A stretch of DNA of 64,000 bases from a bacterium (lineage in GTDB: Bacteria; Hinthialibacterota; Hinthialibacteria; Hinthialibacterales; Hinthialibacteraceae): contig CAXXMV010000002.1 in the NCBI GenBank assembly GCA_963662285.2, positions 96,001 through 160,000 of the forward strand, given 5' to 3'. Shown piece after piece: positions 59,414-64,000 of the stretch. Position 1 is the stretch's first letter. Each line of letters opens with the position of its first letter. The position numbers and the translations under genes were made by a program. The notes beneath the pieces were generated by a model. That model did not search any database and was not told where the DNA came from. It saw nothing but the letters and a program-made list of their open reading frames with translations.

Positions 59414-62338
59414 ATGTTTGGTCGCTTAGGATACGGTTCCAAATATACCAGGTCAATTGTCATGTTGGGAAACCTTATATATATCCTATCTTTCTTTTCA
59501 ACCTGTGGATTGATGATAATTCCTTCCATCAATCTATCAACACGCATCATTATATTTATCTTTTCTCTTTCAATACTATTTCTTAGTTGGTTAAACTTTC
59601 ATCTTCGTGGAGAAGAACCGTTTTTACTCTCTTTTCTTTCATCTTCTAAATGTAAGACATATATGTTTATTATTGCAGGATTATTTTTTACCTCCAGTCT
59701 TTTTATCCTTCATTCAATACCTGAAACGGGAATAACATTAAAACATAGTAATAATAATGGTGATATTACCGGGGAAATCACTATTAAAGCAAATTCCTTT
59801 AACATTACTCCAGATTTACACCCCGTAGATTATCTTCAAAAGAAATCCGGTTCTTTTCACTATTCAGCGTCTTTTTCTATAAAAGAACCGATGGATTCTT
59901 TATTGTTTTATACCAGTCATGGAGATTCTGTTTGGAAAATTGATGGAAAAGAAGTTGTTCATCAGTTAAAAGAATCCTCTGTAAGGAATAGTTTAATTCC
60001 ATATAATCTTTCCCCGGGTTCACATAATATTGAGTGTCTGGTTTCCTATCTGAATCCACCCCCGCATATTTCGTTTGTTTCGGGTAAAGAAGAACCTATT
60101 AATGGTCCCTTTTATCATATATATGATGTTTATCCAAAGTTATTCTATGGTTTTTTTACGTTTATTTCTTCTTTATGCATACTTATAGGTTCTTTCTTTT
60201 TAATTCCTATCATTAATTATATTCTATTGAAAGTTTCACCATTTATTGTACGTTATAGAAGAGGCGTATTGTTCATTCTAATTTTGGTTGCCTTTTTTAT
60301 TTTTGGATCAATTAGGATTTTGTTTTCTACTAATACGGATTCTTTCTTTGAAGCAGACGAAGCCTCTTTTGGAATCATGTCTCAGAGGCTGCTAGTGGGG
60401 CAATCTCCGCCTTTATTTCATTATGGGCAATCTTACCAAGGTACGGCGGAATCTATCCCCCTGGCCTCTATATTCTCACTTTTCGGTTTTTCTGCTGATA
60501 TCCTGCATACTCTTCCTTTAATCTTTGGAATCTTATTTTTACTTATTACTGTTTTAACCGTGGGGATGATCGGCGGGCGATATCCCGCAATTTTCGCTCT
60601 ACTGGTTTTGTGCGTGGGAGGATTGCATTTTCACTGGATAATATCAAAAACCTGGTTTGGTTACTCTTTTTCTCTCTTTTGCGGCGCTATTCTCATGTTT
60701 TTATCCTTTTATAGTTGTAAAAAGGATCGTTACTCTCCAGGCGCCTCTTTGTTGTGGGGCGCCATTGCAGGTTTATGCTTCTATGAATTGCCTTTATCTT
60801 TTCCTTTTATCTTTGTAAGTTCATTTCCTTTCTTCTATTTTTGTTTTAAGGGGATATTAATTGATTTTATCCGGCTTGAAAAATTGGCCTATTTTTATAA
60901 ATCCATATTGCGAAGAATCTACCGTTCCGGCCTGGCATTAGCATTTCTTGGTTTTTCAATATGTTCCTTGCCCTATTTACTGAATATTATTTATGAAGCA
61001 AACAATCAAACCCTTAAATTCCTATTGGAAGGCCGCAACCTTTCTTCTTCTATTTCTGATACAAAAGCAGCGCTGTTTGATCGATTTTTTGGAGAATGTC
61101 TGCCGGTTCTATTAGGCGCCCGTACTAATTACAATCAGGTTTATGATATTCCAACGGTTTTTGCTCCATCTTTTCCATCTTTGTTGTTCATTTTATCAAT
61201 CTTTATCTTTCCATTTGTTTGTTATAAATATTTTCCAAAAACAACCATTATTAAAAATTTATTGCCATTAATAATGGTTTTTTGCCTTACTATTATTACT
61301 ATTATCGCGGTAACCTTTTCACCTTTTGGAATATGGCCCTGGTATGCAATATCTCTATTTTGGTCAATTCCTTTTTTATTTTATGTTTCTATCCGTTTTA
61401 TTTGGAAATTATCTCCTGCTTTATCATTTTTATCTGTTGTTATATTTTTATTATCAACTTTAACAGGTTTTATTGATTATAATTTTTTGAGTCATCAGGC
61501 ATCCAGTATATCCAGCAATGGTATTTCTCTTCCTCCTATTAGCGATGATATTCTCCCTATTTTAAGTAAACATAATGTACGTTATCTTATTTGCGATCAG
61601 GGCTTTGATCAGTCTTCAACTGTTTCTGGAAAAGATTGGATTGGAGAGTGTCTGTCTTATAGTGGAGATCGAAATATTATTTCGGTAGATAGAGTTTCAC
61701 GTAGATTTACAGATGATTCTCAAGAACTTATCAATAGTTCACGAGTGGGTTATTTATTTCATAAGGATTATTATTTTAACAATGCAACTTTTGCAGATAT
61801 TACTGGCGCCAATTATTCTCCCATATTTTCAAACGGTTTAATAAAACTCTTCGGCGCAAATAACCTAGGTTATAATCGCTATAATATGGAACCATATATT
61901 CTTTTTCTACCTAATATTGGTACATCCGGCATTAATAAAAATAAATGGCGCCTGGATTCTACAAATCCTATATTTCTTTCTGCAGCTGTTGATCATAATA
62001 TAAGTCCAAGAGGATCAGGCCGGGATTGTTATTGGTCCAGTGACATTATTCCATCATCCGGTAGTAAATTATCCATCTCGTTTCCAAACAAAAGGGAAAT
62101 TTCTAAGATATTTTTGTTTCACAGTATAAAATCATCTGATAAAACAAAAGATAATGAAATTTTTTATAGAGATAACCTAGGCGTTTTCAGGCCTCTAGGT
62201 TCACTTCATTATGAAGGGGATATTCATTGCAGCGTCTTACGATTAGATAATCCTGTCAAGACAGATCTGTTAGAAATAAGGGTATCTAAAACGGATGATG
62301 GAAGTTGGTGGACTATTTATGAAATGTGGATATTTTAG
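59414..62338 (+). CDS. Large GT-C (ArnT/PMT-like) membrane glycosyltransferase with PA14-like and discoidin-like domains
   Basis: ADEASFGIM...PLFHYGQSYQG motif, many TM helices, C-terminal W..D...WTIYEMWIF; start may be ATG 59462. Confidence 0.7.
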   Translation: MFGRLGYGSKYTRSIVMLGNLIYILSFFSTCGLMIIPSINLSTRIIIFIFSLSILFLSWLNFHLRGEEPFLLSFLSSSKCKTYMFIIAGLFFTSSLFILHSIPETGITLKHSNNNGDITGEITIKANSFNITPDLHPVDYLQKKSGSFHYSASFSIKEPMDSLLFYTSHGDSVWKIDGKEVVHQLKESSVRNSLIPYNLSPGSHNIECLVSYLNPPPHISFVSGKEEPINGPFYHIYDVYPKLFYGFFTFISSLCILIGSFFLIPIINYILLKVSPFIVRYRRGVLFILILVAFFIFGSIRILFSTNTDSFFEADEASFGIMSQRLLVGQSPPLFHYGQSYQGTAESIPLASIFSLFGFSADILHTLPLIFGILFLLITVLTVGMIGGRYPAIFALLVLCVGGLHFHWIISKTWFGYSFSLFCGAILMFLSFYSCKKDRYSPGASLLWGAIAGLCFYELPLSFPFIFVSSFPFFYFCFKGILIDFIRLEKLAYFYKSILRRIYRSGLALAFLGFSICSLPYLLNIIYEANNQTLKFLLEGRNLSSSISDTKAALFDRFFGECLPVLLGARTNYNQVYDIPTVFAPSFPSLLFILSIFIFPFVCYKYFPKTTIIKNLLPLIMVFCLTIITIIAVTFSPFGIWPWYAISLFWSIPFLFYVSIRFIWKLSPALSFLSVVIFLLSTLTGFIDYNFLSHQASSISSNGISLPPISDDILPILSKHNVRYLICDQGFDQSSTVSGKDWIGECLSYSGDRNIISVDRVSRRFTDDSQELINSSRVGYLFHKDYYFNNATFADITGANYSPIFSNGLIKLFGANNLGYNRYNMEPYILFLPNIGTSGINKNKWRLDSTNPIFLSAAVDHNISPRGSGRDCYWSSDIIPSSGSKLSISFPNKREISKIFLFHSIKSSDKTKDNEIFYRDNLGVFRPLGSLHYEGDIHCSVLRLDNPVKTDLLEIRVSKTDDGSWWTIYEMWIF

Positions 62339-62590
62339 TTATTTTCTTCTTCAATATCCTCAAGTTCCCCTGGCTTCATATACGATGTAATAACGATGGT
62401 AGAAGGTTCTCTTAAACCATTTATCGGGCATGTTTCACAAATATCCAAAGGGGGTTTTGGAGCATCGCAAACAAAAATATTCCTGAATACGTATTTTACT
62501 TGGGCTATAGGATGGGCAATAGCATGCTCTTTCAATCGCCAGTTCCCTATCTAATTTCGGATCGTTCTTATACTCTTGATCCATCTTCAT
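62335..62590 (-). CDS. Small Cys-rich hypothetical protein, possibly split by a frameshift at A5 62473-62477
   Basis: Two overlapping frames: 62590-62435 (MKMDQEY...CYCPSY...EYF) and 62535-62335 (...VCDAPKPPLDICETCPING...). Confidence 0.45.
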
Positions 62591-62695
62591 CTTACTCTTC
62601 TTTTTATCTTTATTTTTTGGTGTTAATAATAAGCCTATAAATAATTATAATTCCTAAAATTATTATAACAAGAATTTGTTTTAATAATTAAATTT

Positions 62696-63811
62696 CTATT
62701 CCTTTTTTATATCAGGGGGTCTCATCGGCATAATTATATACTTAAATTCATTATTTTCATAACCTCTTAAAACAACAGGCCTTTTGGCATCTCTTAATTC
62801 TATTTCAACTTTTTCTTCATCCAATATTCTCATTAAATCATAAACAAATTTATAGTTAAATCTGATTTCTAATAATTCGCCTTCATATTCAGCATCTATT
62901 TGATCTCTTCCTTCACTGCCTGTTTCTTCTCTTTCACCAAAAATATCAACTACGCCTTTTTCGAGTCTTAAAATAACCATATTTGTTTCTACGCTGGTTA
63001 AATTAGAGGCTCTTTTAATTGCTGCAGACAATTCTTCGCGTTTCATTATTGCTTTTATATCGCCATCGGGTGGAATAATCTTTTGATATTGCGGGAAATT
63101 TTCCATTAGCAAATTGGAAATTATGGTAATATCCTTGGATTTAATCTGGATTTTTCTTTCAGTAATAAAAATCTCAGCATCACCTTCTTCAGGTAATATC
63201 CTGACGACTTCGTCCAAAGTTTTTACTGGTATTAATGCTGACAGTTGTATATCTTTTAGATTTTCATTCAAATATTCGAATACCGCCAACCGTCGTCCAT
63301 CAGTTGAAACGCAGGTCATTTTTCCATCTTTAATATCGAATTTTACGCCATTTAATTCGTATCTGGATTTTTCTACAGTTGCGGCAAACGTAGTTTTTTT
63401 AATAATTTCCTTTAATTTTTTTAATTCTATTATTAATTTCTGACCCTCAGCAACAGTAACAAATGGAGGAAACAGTTCTGCAGACTGTCCTTTCATTTTT
63501 CCCTTAAATTTTCCACATTCTATTCGTACATTATCTTCTTTTGTTTCTAACTTAACATCATTATCAGATAAATCCTGTATTACGTTGATAATATCATTTG
63601 ATGGGAAAAGTAGTTCACCCGGTTCATCGACAGTTGCTTCTCCCTCACATCTGATTGTCAAATTAAGGTTTGTAGCCAAAAAGCAAATTTTACCATCAGA
63701 GCAGGATATATGGATATTATCTACAATAGGATTTGATATAGGGCTGCCTACTGCATTTCTAACGGCTGATATTCCTCTAACCAGTGTTTGATGAGAACTA
63801 AGAAATTTCAT
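62696..63811 (-). CDS. dnaN: DNA polymerase III beta sliding clamp
   Basis: ATNL, RYELNGV, STDGRRLA, FPQYQKIIP, FNYKF, YIIMPMR. Confidence 0.97.
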   Translation of the reverse strand: MKFLSSHQTLVRGISAVRNAVGSPISNPIVDNIHISCSDGKICFLATNLNLTIRCEGEATVDEPGELLFPSNDIINVIQDLSDNDVKLETKEDNVRIECGKFKGKMKGQSAELFPPFVTVAEGQKLIIELKKLKEIIKKTTFAATVEKSRYELNGVKFDIKDGKMTCVSTDGRRLAVFEYLNENLKDIQLSALIPVKTLDEVVRILPEEGDAEIFITERKIQIKSKDITIISNLLMENFPQYQKIIPPDGDIKAIMKREELSAAIKRASNLTSVETNMVILRLEKGVVDIFGEREETGSEGRDQIDAEYEGELLEIRFNYKFVYDLMRILDEEKVEIELRDAKRPVVLRGYENNEFKYIIMPMRPPDIKKE

Positions 63812-64000
63812 TGAATTTCCCCATATAGTATTATATATAAATACCTTTAAAATATGCTTTTAAAGCTTTAAATGTTTAAAAGGGTGTTGATAAGTCATAA
63901 AAATGCTGTAAATATTTGTTTCCTTTATATTTACGTGTTTGTATTCCTGTTACTAAGTACTTGATTATAAATAGCGCTTTGTTAACTATATTAAAATTTC
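63812..64000. other. AT-rich region upstream of dnaN; probable edge of oriC (dnaA-dnaN spacer)
   Basis: Very AT-rich, DnaA-box variant TGTTGATAA at 63885-63893; position inferred from common dnaA-oriC-dnaN synteny. Confidence 0.5.

Noticed and set aside
59414-64000. Low-GC horizontally acquired island
   Set aside because: Core gene dnaN is equally AT-rich and the GGCGCC signature persists in the GT-C gene, so this looks like origin-proximal composition.
1-64000. tRNA, rRNA, tmRNA genes
   Set aside because: No cloverleaf/T-loop or rRNA signature seen in any intergenic region; a covariance search was not possible.

Overview
Origin-proximal chromosomal window of a low-to-moderate GC bacterium (roughly 40-45% by eye, more AT-rich after 59 kb). 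The protein repertoire (PT-linker/dockerin-like surface protein, many GT-C enzymes, pilin-like helices) suggests an uncultured diderm lineage such as OLB16/Hinthialibacterota or Sumerlaeota; this is inference only. The right end carries dnaN, dapB, a frameshifted rsmG, parA-parB and two perfect parS sites. The rest holds housekeeping and envelope genes: nikR with an RcnA-like Ni/Co transporter, a PilH/PilI-like ABC system, rsfS, hflKC, yitJ, tsaC, c-di-GMP enzymes, three GT-C glycosyltransferases, GH9 and GHL10 hydrolases. No rRNA, tRNA or CRISPR array was seen. Best leads: (1) a secreted 1710-aa thioester protein of the animal CD109/TEP/complement type (GCGEQ plus catalytic His) rather than the bacterial A2M type; (2) two LRR proteins anchored by a type IV pilin-register helix lacking the peptidase site; (3) about 10-fold over-representation of GGCGCC (HIP-like); (4) a miniature RAYT remnant between inverted REPs whose outer ends are tandemly amplified on both sides; (5) an intact orphan phage portal gene; (6) a probable ATA start for rsfS; (7) a YitJ whose homocysteine-methyltransferase Zn cysteines are all lost.
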